A stretch of DNA of 64,000 nt from Candidatus Roizmanbacteria bacterium (GCA_016215445.1 JACRJL010000003.1:154924-218923), one strand, 5' to 3'. Positions 1 through 9,419 are shown, numbered from the stretch's first letter. A program made the numbers and translations. Notes: a model not told the origin generated them from the sequence alone.

Positions 1-351
1 ACAACTTTTATAAAAGAAAAAAGTATTGATTGGATAGAGACCGATGGATTTTTAGAATATTTTGATAAACAATCTTTAAACCAATTAATTGATATTTGGG
101 AGAAAACTCTAAGGCTAACGGGTTTTATTACTTTTAGAGATTGTTTTAATAATAACCCTATAGATAGATTTATTGATAAAGTAAGAATCCAAGTAGCAAA
201 AAAGTGGTTGAGTGTTATTACTTATTCCCATAGTAAAACAGAAATGGCAGATCTTTATAAATTAAAAGGATTTAGATTTATTACAAAACCGACGATCATT
301 CCTACATTCTTAAGATATACGGCAGTTAGAAATAACCCATATAAATTATAA
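1..351 (+). CDS. 3' fragment of a CDS entering from the left edge; function uncertain, possibly methyltransferase-like
   Basis: Frame 1 is open from base 1 to TAA at 349-351 (...DWIETDGFLEYFDKQSLNQLIDIWEKTLRLTGFITFRD...). It is absent from the ORF track because it has no in-window start. Confidence 0.45.
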   Translation, partial: TTFIKEKSIDWIETDGFLEYFDKQSLNQLIDIWEKTLRLTGFITFRDCFNNNPIDRFIDKVRIQVAKKWLSVITYSHSKTEMADLYKLKGFRFITKPTIIPTFLRYTAVRNNPYKL

Positions 352-738
352 ATGGTCTTCCTCGTCGGTGACGGCTTCGGTTTTGGTTTTGTGGACTGTG
401 CCATCTTTATGGTGGGGAGGGGAATAGACCGTATACAGTTTGAGTTTTTCAGTCGGCGACATATTAATGATATTATGTTGGGTTCCGGCCGGGACGACAA
501 TCGCGTCTCCTTCTTTTACTGACTTTTCCTCACCGTTCATAATTACTTTTCCTTCGCCTTTTTCTATTCTTAAAAATTGGTCTGTAATTTCATGGATTTC
601 CATTCCGATGTCTTCATTGGGCAAAAGACTCATTACAACCAACTGTTCGTGTTGTCCCGTATATACGACTTGGCGGAAATAATTGTTTTCTTCGGTTATT
701 TTTTCAATATTGTCTACATATCCTATCATCGTTATCAC
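346..738 (-). CDS. cupin domain protein
   Basis: 130 aa with a cupin-like pattern (GMEIHEITDQFLRIEKGEG...GDAIVVPAGTQHNI). Confidence 0.8.
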   Translation of the reverse strand: MITMIGYVDNIEKITEENNYFRQVVYTGQHEQLVVMSLLPNEDIGMEIHEITDQFLRIEKGEGKVIMNGEEKSVKEGDAIVVPAGTQHNIINMSPTEKLKLYTVYSPPHHKDGTVHKTKTEAVTDEEDHL

Positions 739-818
739 CTCCTACGTATCTTATACATTATTCCGGTTTGAAATTGAATTGCAATTAACTGCGATAATTT
801 TTATACTAGTTAATCTGT

Positions 819-1745
819 ATGATGAAATATTCCCAACTAACCGATACAGTAGTGATGATCTCGCCTGACCAATTTGGCTTTAATCCCCAGACTGCCGTAA
901 CCAATGTTTTCCAGCATCACTTAAGTCTCTCCGAAAAAGAAGTCAGAGACAAGGCAATGAAAGAGTTCAGAAACATGGTGGAAGTGTTAAAGATGGAGAA
1001 GGTGAGGGTCCTGGTCTTGGGGAGCCGGGTGGGGGTTGTCACTCCCGACGCGGTTTTTCCAAATAATTGGTTTTCCCATCATCAGGATGGGAGACTGGTT
1101 TTGTACCCGATGTTGGCAGAAAATCGGCGTCGGGAAAGACAATTTTTTAACCTAAAAAACCTCTTATCGGACGTCAAAATCAATCATATAAAAGAAGTTG
1201 ATTTTTCAAGCGACGAAAAAAAAGGTTTGATTTTGGAGGGAACAGGAAGTTTGGTATTGGACAGGGAAAATCAAATGGCTTTTGCTATGGAATCGCCGCG
1301 GACGACAAAGAGAGAGTTTGACCGTTGGTGTTTGAATATGGGATTTGAAGGAATTTTTTTCCATGCTCAAGACAGCGCCAATATTCCTGTTTATCACACC
1401 AATATAATTATGAGTATAGGGAGGGAGTTTGTCGTCATCTGCCTCGAGTCTATTAAATCGCAAACGGAAAAACTTCTCATAATTAAAAAACTGACTGCGG
1501 CGGGGAAAAAAATAATCCCCATATCCTTAAAACAGATGTATAAGTTTTGCGCCAATATCTTGCAATTGGTTTCAACAAATGGTTCATCTATCATAGTAAT
1601 GTCAAGGACAGTTTTCGAAGCTTTGACTTCGGGTCAAAAAACGTCACTTGAAAAATACGGAAAATTAGTCGTTGTTGATATCCCGACGATTGAAGCTGTA
1701 GGTGGCGGTAGCGCCAGGTGTATGTTGGCGGAAATTTTTAAATAG
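819..1745 (+). CDS. amidinotransferase-fold guanidino-group hydrolase (CtlX / arginine-deiminase-related family)
   Basis: The C-terminal GGGSARCMLAEIF carries the catalytic Cys motif of the guanidino-modifying enzyme superfamily. The N-terminus (MISPDQFGFNPQTAVTNVFQ) resembles CtlX-type proteins. Confidence 0.7.
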   Translation: MMKYSQLTDTVVMISPDQFGFNPQTAVTNVFQHHLSLSEKEVRDKAMKEFRNMVEVLKMEKVRVLVLGSRVGVVTPDAVFPNNWFSHHQDGRLVLYPMLAENRRRERQFFNLKNLLSDVKINHIKEVDFSSDEKKGLILEGTGSLVLDRENQMAFAMESPRTTKREFDRWCLNMGFEGIFFHAQDSANIPVYHTNIIMSIGREFVVICLESIKSQTEKLLIIKKLTAAGKKIIPISLKQMYKFCANILQLVSTNGSSIIVMSRTVFEALTSGQKTSLEKYGKLVVVDIPTIEAVGGGSARCMLAEIFK

Positions 1746-1767
1746 TTATAAATTAAATTTTATTACT

Positions 1768-2706
1768 ATGAAAGCAGTACAAATTTCCCAGTATGGAGGA
1801 TCGGAAATGCTCAAATTAAATAATGGTTTGGATAAACCGGTTTTGAAAGAAAACCAAGTCTTAGTCGAAGTCTATGCGGCGTCAATAAATCCTTTTGATT
1901 TTTTTGTTATTGGTGGTTTTTCAAAGGATTATATTAAACAAGATTTTCCTTTAACAATAGGCGGTGATTTTTCAGGCAAGATAAAAGAAGTTGGTAAAGA
2001 AGTTTCTGGTTTTAAAATTGGCGATGAGGTTTTCGGAACGGCGATAATTTTATCAGGTGGTTCAGGCGCGTTTGCAGAGTTTGCTACTGTCAATCCAGGG
2101 AGGATGAGTTTGCGTCCTAAAAATATAGATTTCATTCAATCGGCATCTTTGCCTTTGGTTGGTTCAAGCGCCGTCCAGGCGCTTGAGGAAGAAATCAAAC
2201 TCAAGTCCGGCGAAAAAATCCTGGTTCACGGCGGTGCCGGAGGAATAGGTAGTATAGCTATACAACTGGCCAAATTTATTGGCGCTCACGTGGCAACTAC
2301 TGTTTCGGAACAAGACAGGGAGTTTGTTAAAAATTTAGGGGCGGATGAAATAATCGAATATAAAACGGAAAAATTTGAAGAAAAGTTAAAAGACTATGAC
2401 GCGGTCTACGACACTATTGGTGGAAACGTCATGGAACGATCATTCAAGGTTTTGAAAAAAGGAGGGAGGTTGGCGTCGATGAAAGGCCAACCCAGTCCTG
2501 ATTTGGCTAGTCAGTATGGAGTCACAGCCATTGCCGTCAATACTAAAAATAGCACCATCCATATGGATCGTGTCAGGGAATTAGTTGAGAAAATGGTTAT
2601 AAAACCGCAGGTGGATAAAGTTTTCCCCTTGGAAGAAACCAGCACTGCCTTTATCTATAAAATGCAAAATCATCCAAAAGGGAAAGTGGTCATAAAAATA
2701 AAATGA
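1768..2706 (+). CDS. NADPH:quinone oxidoreductase-like MDR family dehydrogenase
   Basis: MKAVQISQYGG... start with an HGGAGGIGSIAIQLAK nucleotide-binding motif. I chose the internal ATG at 1768 because the 1702 start overlaps the upstream gene. Confidence 0.85.
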   Translation: MKAVQISQYGGSEMLKLNNGLDKPVLKENQVLVEVYAASINPFDFFVIGGFSKDYIKQDFPLTIGGDFSGKIKEVGKEVSGFKIGDEVFGTAIILSGGSGAFAEFATVNPGRMSLRPKNIDFIQSASLPLVGSSAVQALEEEIKLKSGEKILVHGGAGGIGSIAIQLAKFIGAHVATTVSEQDREFVKNLGADEIIEYKTEKFEEKLKDYDAVYDTIGGNVMERSFKVLKKGGRLASMKGQPSPDLASQYGVTAIAVNTKNSTIHMDRVRELVEKMVIKPQVDKVFPLEETSTAFIYKMQNHPKGKVVIKIK

Positions 2707-3014
2707 GTTTTTTAAAAGAAAAAGTTTATAAAATCTGCCGGAGTATTCCAAAAGGGAAAGTGGCTACCTATGGTCAGCTGGCCCGTTTATCGGGAAATCC
2801 AAAAGCGGCCCGGGCAGTCGGCTATTTCATGCGGACAAATCCTGACGCTCCAGATACTCCTTGCCATAGAGTGGTCGCTTCAGACGGTTCCTTGACTGGT
2901 TATTCGGGAGAAGGCGGGATCGAAAAGAAAAAAGAAATGCTTATAAAAGAAGGCGTTTATTTTAAAGGCGGCAAGGTTGATCTAAAAGTCTCCCAGTTTA
3001 TTCAACTACGATAG
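2703..3014 (+). CDS. MGMT-family protein (methylated-DNA-protein-cysteine methyltransferase active-site/DNA-binding domain only)
   Basis: Has the PCHRVV active-site motif. It is 103 aa and joined to the upstream gene by an ATGA overlap. Confidence 0.85.
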   Translation: MSFLKEKVYKICRSIPKGKVATYGQLARLSGNPKAARAVGYFMRTNPDAPDTPCHRVVASDGSLTGYSGEGGIEKKKEMLIKEGVYFKGGKVDLKVSQFIQLR

Positions 3015-3459
3015 TTCCTGTTTGTGAGGCATCTAAATGATTGTGATAGCCGTAGGTGCCAGGAGTGTCAAACTTTAGCGAGTGAGTTTTTCCATCTTGA
3101 AAAGGACCGAGATTTAAAGGTGGATAGTTGGTGTGGGTGGGATGGGGGTCTGAGCTGACCGTGGCATTCTTGCCGCTATTGTTAGTCCAAGTGACTGTTG
3201 TTCCTGCTTTTATTGTCAGAACTGCTGGAATATAACCATCGGCTGTGAGGGTGACACTAACTTCTTTTTCAACCATTGCTTCGGGAGTCGAGGGAGCTGT
3301 TTCCGAAACAGCTTGCGTCGGAGTGACAGCTGAAGGTAAATAGTCATTCGCGCCTTTTTTACCAAGGGCAAAATAATATACTAATCCGTAGACTAGGACG
3401 CCGATAATAAGGTAGATAGTAATCCATTGCCAAAGAGGTTTTTTATTATATTCGTCCAT
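2998..3459 (-). CDS. membrane-anchored cupredoxin-like domain protein
   Basis: N-terminal TM helix followed by a plastocyanin-like segment (TIKAGTTVTWTNN...GTYGYHNHLDASQTGTIVVE). The mature part has no Cys. Confidence 0.6.
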   Translation of the reverse strand: MDEYNKKPLWQWITIYLIIGVLVYGLVYYFALGKKGANDYLPSAVTPTQAVSETAPSTPEAMVEKEVSVTLTADGYIPAVLTIKAGTTVTWTNNSGKNATVSSDPHPTHTNYPPLNLGPFQDGKTHSLKFDTPGTYGYHNHLDASQTGTIVVE

Positions 3460-3507
3460 AATTGTAAGAAATTAATACCTTTAGAGTATAAGTTTTAAAT
3501 TTATTTG

Positions 3508-4743
3508 TCAAGAGGATTTTAGACCTCCGAAGGCGATCCGGTCGATGACGGTTTTTTTTGACTTTATCATCAAGGCCGGGGCGACAACGTACTCTCCCCA
3601 CCTATTGTTGATTTCATCAACTGCCTTGGAAACTTTTCTTTTTTTGTCGATTTCGTCTTCAAACAAACCCGGAGTCAAATCATTTACCGGCGCCAAACTG
3701 AAACAGGTAACCGCTATTTTTCTGACGATTTTTTCCTCCGGTTGCTGTGAGAAAATCATCATTACTTTTTTGAATAACTCCTGGGTTGTAAAGGAGGGTT
3801 CATTGAATTTTTTTCCTTTATGCCAAAAACTCCAGTCGTCATAAAGTAGGCAGAGATGGATTCCTAGGGCCGTTTGGTCGGCCTCGCGCAACCGCCGCCC
3901 CATTTTTTCTGTAAGCATCATAATAAGGGAAGAGAGTTTTTCCCGGTTGCTGGTTTTTTGTCCGAGAGAATATTCCTGACCGAAACTTTTTCTATCAGAT
4001 TGAAAGTCGTCGACTTCGAAGCCGCGCAGTCTTAAGTACCAGTAGTGACCGGCGATGCTTTTGAAAACGATTTTTCTTAAAAAATTATCTTCCGCTTCCA
4101 AAAACTCCAATGGAGTAAAAATTCCGGCGGCATTGAGGCGAGCTTGATAACGGAAGTTGATTCCATTAAGGTCAACTAACTTCAATGACGAAAAAATTGA
4201 TGGTAAGTTTTTGTAATCTATGACATCAAGGCCGTCTGGTTTGTGAAGTGAGGAGGCGAGTTTGGCAAGAAATCGGTTGGTGGCGATGCCGATGTTGCAG
4301 GAAATCCATTCTCCGATTTCTTCCCGAAACCTTTTTTTTATTTCCTGCCCGATTTCGACAAGAGTTTTTTTCCTATAGTCGTCCATTTCGGAGAAGTCCA
4401 TTACCAACTCGTCGATTGATTTTGGGACGACTTGCGGTGAATAACATTCACAGATTCTTTTGAACTTTGAGTGGACGTCGCGAACAAGGAGAGGATCATT
4501 TTCACGAACAATGACGTCGGGACAGATAACTTTTGCCTCTTTTACTCTCATGCCAGTTTTTATTCCCAATTTTTTTGCTTCAATTGAAGGAGCGAGGATG
4601 CAGCCTCCGAGAGTCGGGTAAGCGGCGATCACAATTGGTTTTCCCCTAAGATGGGGGTTGGCTTGCTGTTCAACCGTGGCAAAACAGGAATTCAAATCAA
4701 TATGCATGATCTTAGGATCATTCTGATTAAGTTGAATTGCCAT
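3508..4743 (-). CDS. Y-family (translesion) DNA polymerase, DinB/UmuC/ImpB family
   Basis: The N-terminus MHIDLNSCFATVEQQANPHLRGKPIVI matches the Y-family catalytic motif. It is 411 aa with a GGAGG SD 8 nt upstream. Confidence 0.9.
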   Translation of the reverse strand: MAIQLNQNDPKIMHIDLNSCFATVEQQANPHLRGKPIVIAAYPTLGGCILAPSIEAKKLGIKTGMRVKEAKVICPDVIVRENDPLLVRDVHSKFKRICECYSPQVVPKSIDELVMDFSEMDDYRKKTLVEIGQEIKKRFREEIGEWISCNIGIATNRFLAKLASSLHKPDGLDVIDYKNLPSIFSSLKLVDLNGINFRYQARLNAAGIFTPLEFLEAEDNFLRKIVFKSIAGHYWYLRLRGFEVDDFQSDRKSFGQEYSLGQKTSNREKLSSLIMMLTEKMGRRLREADQTALGIHLCLLYDDWSFWHKGKKFNEPSFTTQELFKKVMMIFSQQPEEKIVRKIAVTCFSLAPVNDLTPGLFEDEIDKKRKVSKAVDEINNRWGEYVVAPALMIKSKKTVIDRIAFGGLKSS

Positions 4744-4987
4744 CGCTGACCTCCTCTAAAACCCAGTTGAGATTTTCCGTATCAAATTTAAGACGGAAGT
4801 CTAGATTTCCGTCGCTGACATGAAAGATATGAAATAGATTCCGGCCCTCCCTTATTTTGTGGTGGTAGGCGACTTTTTTTATGAAATAGTCGCGCAAGCG
4901 CCAACGCATTTTATAAGGAGCAACTTTATTTTCTTCATGATTATATGAAGAGATTACGCTCACTTTTTCAAAAATCGTTTCCAACAT
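4727..4987 (-). CDS. small hypothetical protein translationally coupled to the Y-family polymerase
   Basis: 86-aa ORF overlapping the polymerase start by 17 nt. Its ATG lies 6 nt downstream of a TACAAT -10 box. Confidence 0.55.
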   Translation of the reverse strand: MLETIFEKVSVISSYNHEENKVAPYKMRWRLRDYFIKKVAYHHKIREGRNLFHIFHVSDGNLDFRLKFDTENLNWVLEEVSDGNST

Positions 4988-4993
4988 GAAACT

Positions 4994-5023
4994 ATTGTAG
5001 TGAACGATTGTTTACTTTGTCAA
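4994..5023 (-). promoter_or_regulatory. sigma70-like promoter (TTGACA-18-TACAAT) with an embedded GAAC-N4-GTTT SOS/Cheo-box-like operator
   Basis: Minus strand reads TTGACAaagtAAACaatcGTTCacTACAAT. The plus strand has GAACgattGTTT at 5002-5013. Confidence 0.55.
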
Positions 5024-5033
5024 GGGGAATATA

Positions 5034-5696
5034 TTATTGTCCTTGTTCCGGTTCCTGTTGCTGTTGTTGTTTCATCATTTCGTTTATATAGTTCTGGTAA
5101 TCCTGATTATTAGTATTTTCTTGAGGAGCCTGTGGTGATCCTTGCATAAACTGTTTTTGCAGGGCACTCATATCTTGAAAATTGACGTCGGTTGGGACGG
5201 CAAACATTGAATCGGCGACGACTTCCGGCTTGCAGGCATCCTTATATTTTTCAATCGTTTCCAATACTGATTCCTCCTGTTTGGTACCTGATTTATTTTT
5301 TCCCGATTCCTCGACCGTCGGGAAAGGTGTTACATCTTTTGGTTCTTCAAGAGTATAGGTGAATCCGGTTTTGCTTGTGTCGCTCCACATATGCATTTTT
5401 TTATCTTTCATGACGATATTATTTGGTTGATCAGTGTCTTTTCCCGCTTGCATCATTACCCGGACTGCACCGCCTTTAATATAAGTAGTTGTTTCTACTC
5501 CGTCCTCATCTTTATAAACGCATTTGAGACTAATCGATTTAGATAGAGCATCCTTAATTGAAGTGAAAACGCCTCCGCCTGCTTTATTACCCGATCCGAC
5601 TGGAGCCTTGGGCATCATGCCGCGCGAAGTTAGATAAAAATAACCGCCAACACCTAAAAGAGCTAGAACTACGATCACAATCAATACGTTTTTCAT
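5034..5696 (-). CDS. membrane-anchored hypothetical protein with Q-rich C-terminus
   Basis: N-terminal TM helix and a C-terminal QQQQQEPEQGQ tail. I recognise no family. Confidence 0.6.
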   Translation of the reverse strand: MKNVLIVIVVLALLGVGGYFYLTSRGMMPKAPVGSGNKAGGGVFTSIKDALSKSISLKCVYKDEDGVETTTYIKGGAVRVMMQAGKDTDQPNNIVMKDKKMHMWSDTSKTGFTYTLEEPKDVTPFPTVEESGKNKSGTKQEESVLETIEKYKDACKPEVVADSMFAVPTDVNFQDMSALQKQFMQGSPQAPQENTNNQDYQNYINEMMKQQQQQEPEQGQ

Positions 5697-5757
5697 AGAA
5701 CTATTATGAAAATAGTAATAGCTAAATACTAAAGGCTTTTTTGATAAAATTCAAGTA

Positions 5758-6420
5758 GTGAAAACAAAAATAAATAAATATATCTTCACCGAAGATATAA
5801 ACTATTTAAAAACGGACAAAATTTCTATTTGGGGAAAAGGGGATTTAAAGACATTGAATATTTTATCCAAGTCGGAAATTAAAGGTATTTGGTTAAATCT
5901 GGCTGCGGGAGACGGTCGGTACAATAATATATTACTTAATAAGGCAGACAAGGTGGTCGCGGCTGACATAGACGGAGGCGCCCTAAAAAAACTTTATAAA
6001 AATACTCCAAAAGATCTTCAGTCAAAGCTTGAGACGAAGATTCTAAATATGACAGAACGATTTTCTTTTGGAGATAATTATTTCGATGGCATTTTTTGCA
6101 CAGGTACTCTTTATTTGTTTCCAAAGGAAATTCTTAAGAAAATTTTTAAAGAAATAAGCCGAGTTTTGAAAAAAAACGGTTTTTTAATCTTTGATTTCGC
6201 TACAGACAGGAAAAAGGTTCGTCTTGACGGCAGAAAAATAACCGACAAAAGAATTGTTTACAAGATTGAAAGCGCCGGGGAAATGATAAAAGATCTTTTG
6301 CCGAATTATAGCCATGAAATAATCAGATCAAAAGTTCCTGAAGAATTAATCAAAATAGGAAAAAGGCAGTATCTTTTTTCCTGTAATTTTTTACTGGTTA
6401 AGGGAGTTAAACTGAAATAG
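5758..6420 (+). CDS. class I SAM-dependent methyltransferase
   Basis: Motif I LNLAAGDGRY. GTG start lies 7 nt after TGaTAAAAT. Confidence 0.75.
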   Translation: MKTKINKYIFTEDINYLKTDKISIWGKGDLKTLNILSKSEIKGIWLNLAAGDGRYNNILLNKADKVVAADIDGGALKKLYKNTPKDLQSKLETKILNMTERFSFGDNYFDGIFCTGTLYLFPKEILKKIFKEISRVLKKNGFLIFDFATDRKKVRLDGRKITDKRIVYKIESAGEMIKDLLPNYSHEIIRSKVPEELIKIGKRQYLFSCNFLLVKGVKLK

Positions 6421-7576
6421 TTTTTTTCCTGAAGATTATAAAAACCGCCAGGGCGATAAATGCCATAAGACTTCCGTAATAAAAAGTGAAGGACGGACTT
6501 ATTTTATACCAAATCAATCCGCCGATTGAGGACGCTAGAAAAGCGCCGACTGCCATAAGGGTTTGATGCAGTCCGAAATAACTTCCGGACTCTTTTTTAT
6601 CTATAAATTCAGAGACATAGGCTTTAGAAACACTGTCGGTAAAGGCGATGTAGATTCCGTAAATTGGAAATATAAACCAAACGAATATCGGATCTTTAAT
6701 CAGTCCCAAAGCAAGGTAAACCGCGGAAAAAACTAGCAACCCGGCGGCAAAGACTTTTTTTGCGCCGATCTTGTCAGCCAGTTTACCGGCCGGCGCGGCA
6801 AAAATGGCTTGGGAAATATTATAAAGAACATAGGTCAAAGTAACGAGGATGGAAGTCAACCCCAACCCTTTGGCGCGAAGAATTAAAAAAGCGTCGGAGC
6901 TGTTGCCTAAAGCAAAGATAAAGTTCACCAAGAGAAATAATTTTAAATGGGGGTTGATTGAACGAAAATCTATTTTCACAAAATGTCTCTTTTCATCGGT
7001 TTTTGCTAAGGGTTTTTCTTTGACGTTGAATACCAAAAGAATCAAGGCAAAAACAGAGGGAATAAAGGCGAGAAAAAAAACCAGACGCATATTTTCTTTC
7101 AGAAGATATAAAAATATTAAGCCGAGGATCGGTCCGAAAACAGCTCCCAGACTATCCAGTGCCCGGTGGAATCCGAAAATAAAACCCCTGTTTCCGGCAG
7201 TGGTGTTCTCAAGAAGGATGCTGTCCCGCGGTGCCGTTCTTAATCCTTTGCCAGTCCTGTCAATAAAGCGGGCAAAGAGAACCAGCGGCCATGATTGGGC
7301 AAGCCCGATTAAAATTTTTGAAACGGCCCCGAAAGAATAACCTAAGGTGACAAAAATTTTCCGTCTTTGAAAATAATCGGAAAGAGCTCCGAAAACATAT
7401 TTTCCTCCGGCAGCAGTAGCTTCAGCGATGCCTTCGATCAATCCTATAACCGGAATTGATGTTTTTAAAACTGTTGTTAGAAAGATCGGGACAATAGGAT
7501 AGATCATTTCCGCCGCCAGATCGTTGAAGAAGCTGACTATACCGAGGACAACTACATTTCGAGGGATTTTTTTCAT
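6407..7576 (-). CDS. MFS transporter
   Basis: 389 aa with about 12 predicted TM segments and an MFS-like loop (DRTGKGLRTAPRD). Confidence 0.85.
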   Translation of the reverse strand: MKKIPRNVVVLGIVSFFNDLAAEMIYPIVPIFLTTVLKTSIPVIGLIEGIAEATAAGGKYVFGALSDYFQRRKIFVTLGYSFGAVSKILIGLAQSWPLVLFARFIDRTGKGLRTAPRDSILLENTTAGNRGFIFGFHRALDSLGAVFGPILGLIFLYLLKENMRLVFFLAFIPSVFALILLVFNVKEKPLAKTDEKRHFVKIDFRSINPHLKLFLLVNFIFALGNSSDAFLILRAKGLGLTSILVTLTYVLYNISQAIFAAPAGKLADKIGAKKVFAAGLLVFSAVYLALGLIKDPIFVWFIFPIYGIYIAFTDSVSKAYVSEFIDKKESGSYFGLHQTLMAVGAFLASSIGGLIWYKISPSFTFYYGSLMAFIALAVFIIFRKKTISV

Positions 7577-7599
7577 TATGTTTTATTATAATATACATT

Positions 7600-8247
7600 A
7601 TGATTTTCCTTTCTTTAAAAACTTACAAAGAAGCGACAGGTGACAGCGTTATTAAACTTCTTTCTTCGGTAAAAAAAGTATCTTTGGAAACAGGAGTTCC
7701 TATCATTCCAGTTGCGCAGACAGTTGATCTTTATAGAATCAGAAAAGAGTTAAATCTTGAGATTTGGGCCCAGCACGTTGATCCTATTGATCCAGGCCGC
7801 CATATGGGTTTCATCTCTCCTTACAGCGTCAAGGAATTTGGAGCGAGCGGTGTCATTATTAACCATGCCGAACATCCGGTTCCGGAGGATGTCATCAAAA
7901 AAACAGTAGAGAAATCCAAAGAATACGGGCTCAAGACGCTTGTTTTATGTCAGTCGATCGAATTGGCAAAGCAGGTTGAGGAGTGGAATCCAGACTATAT
8001 TGGTTATGAAAAAGGCGAGTTGATTGCCGGCCCTGTCTCCATGGTTGAAATGGAGGAAAAAAACATTGAATATCTGGCAGGCGCTTTAAAGAAACCTCTG
8101 ATAGTCGGCGCTGGCATAGCCAACGGCGACCACGTCAAAAAAGCCGTTAAATTGGGCGGCAAAGGAGTAATCCTTGCCTCTGCCTTTGTTAAAGCGGAAA
8201 ATCCTGAAGCGAAACTTCGTGAATTAGCCGAAGGATTCAAAATATGA
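7600..8247 (+). CDS. tpiA: triosephosphate isomerase, archaeal type
   Basis: Short 215-aa TIM resembling archaeal TpiA by recall: SLKTYKEATG, AQHVDP, INHAEH, NPDYIGYEKGELIAG, GAGI...VKKAVKLGGKGVILASAFVKA. Confidence 0.85.
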   Translation: MIFLSLKTYKEATGDSVIKLLSSVKKVSLETGVPIIPVAQTVDLYRIRKELNLEIWAQHVDPIDPGRHMGFISPYSVKEFGASGVIINHAEHPVPEDVIKKTVEKSKEYGLKTLVLCQSIELAKQVEEWNPDYIGYEKGELIAGPVSMVEMEEKNIEYLAGALKKPLIVGAGIANGDHVKKAVKLGGKGVILASAFVKAENPEAKLRELAEGFKI

Positions 8248-8684
8248 GACCGGGCATAGACTTCATAGGTGTTTCAGTTTCTTTCTACTGTCATGACGGG
8301 CAAGGTAATTTTTTATTCCATAAAAGAAGCGACAAATGCAGGGATGAAATAGGGCGTTGGGATTTCGGTGGCGGAAGAGTAGAAATAGGAGAGACTCTGG
8401 AAAAGGCGGTTCTGCGCGAGGTCAAAGAAGAATATGGAGTTGTCGGAACTATTGAAAAACAGCTGCCAGCCCACTCTCTTTTGCGGAAAGAGAACAGAAC
8501 CAAAACTCATTGGTTGATAATAACCTTTATTGTCAAAGTTGACAGAAAAAAAGTCATTCTAGGAGTTCCCCGTAAGATGACAGAACTTGGTTGGTTTAAA
8601 TTAAATAGTCTTCCTAAGCCTTTGCACACAGGCGCCCAATACACATTGAGTCATTATCCAGACGAATTCAAAAAATACCTATAA
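8244..8684 (+). CDS. NUDIX hydrolase
   Basis: Nudix box GGGRVEIGETLEKAVLREVKEEYG. Confidence 0.9.
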   Translation: MRPGIDFIGVSVSFYCHDGQGNFLFHKRSDKCRDEIGRWDFGGGRVEIGETLEKAVLREVKEEYGVVGTIEKQLPAHSLLRKENRTKTHWLIITFIVKVDRKKVILGVPRKMTELGWFKLNSLPKPLHTGAQYTLSHYPDEFKKYL

Positions 8685-8706
8685 GTTATACTTAGATTAA
8701 AGAAAT

Positions 8707-9417
8707 ATGATTTTAAAAAATAAAACCGCCATTGTCACAGGAGCCAGCGATGGACTTGGAAGAGAAGTTGTTTCAAAACTAGGGGAGCAGGGAGTTAATC
8801 TAGCCTTAGTTGCCAGAAGAAAAGAGAAGCTTGAAGACGTAAAGAAACATATAAAAGGAGTAAAAGTTGAAGTTTACCCATGCGACATCAGAAATTTATC
8901 TGAAATAAAAACGACCGTCAATAAAATTTCTCGAGACTTTAAGGCAGTTGATATTTTGATCAATAACGCCGGAATCTGGCAAAAGAAGATGCCGATAGAA
9001 GAAATCGAAGAACAAGTTGTTGAGGATGTGATTGCGACGAACCTGATTGGATTGATTCATATGACAAGACTCATTGTTCCGATTCTGAAAAAACAAAAAA
9101 AAGCGGCCTTGATAAATATTTCTTCGAAGTCGGGGATCAATACCCCGCCGACCCAGTCGGTTTATGTAGCGGCCAAATGGGGTGTAAGGGGATTCACAGA
9201 GGTTGTCAAAGAAGAGTTGAGGGGGACAGGTATTAAGGTAGCCGGGGTTTACCAAGCCGGAGTGAAAACAGATTTATTTTTTAAAACCGGAGAAAAATTC
9301 GCCCCTGGAGTATTTGAAAATTTCATGGAACCGAAAGATTTGGCCGACATAATTGTTTTTATGCTTTCCCAACCCCCAAAAATTTGGTTGGAAGAAGTGA
9401 GGGTTAACTATAAATAA
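8707..9417 (+). CDS. SDR family oxidoreductase
   Basis: TGASDGLG and YVAAK motifs. Confidence 0.9.
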   Translation: MILKNKTAIVTGASDGLGREVVSKLGEQGVNLALVARRKEKLEDVKKHIKGVKVEVYPCDIRNLSEIKTTVNKISRDFKAVDILINNAGIWQKKMPIEEIEEQVVEDVIATNLIGLIHMTRLIVPILKKQKKAALINISSKSGINTPPTQSVYVAAKWGVRGFTEVVKEELRGTGIKVAGVYQAGVKTDLFFKTGEKFAPGVFENFMEPKDLADIIVFMLSQPPKIWLEEVRVNYK

Positions 9418-9419
9418 GA

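Noticed and set aside
255-500. 81-aa minus-strand ORF at the left end
   Set aside because: It overlaps both the cupin gene (different frame) and the incoming plus-strand CDS, and its translation is low-complexity.
6849-7340. 163-aa ORF antisense to the MFS transporter, and similar long antisense ORFs (for example 23207-23770, 35529-35861, 16060-16416, 29932-30312, 8896-9255)
   Set aside because: All lie fully inside well-supported genes on the opposite strand. They have biased, low-complexity translations typical of shadow frames in AT-rich DNA.
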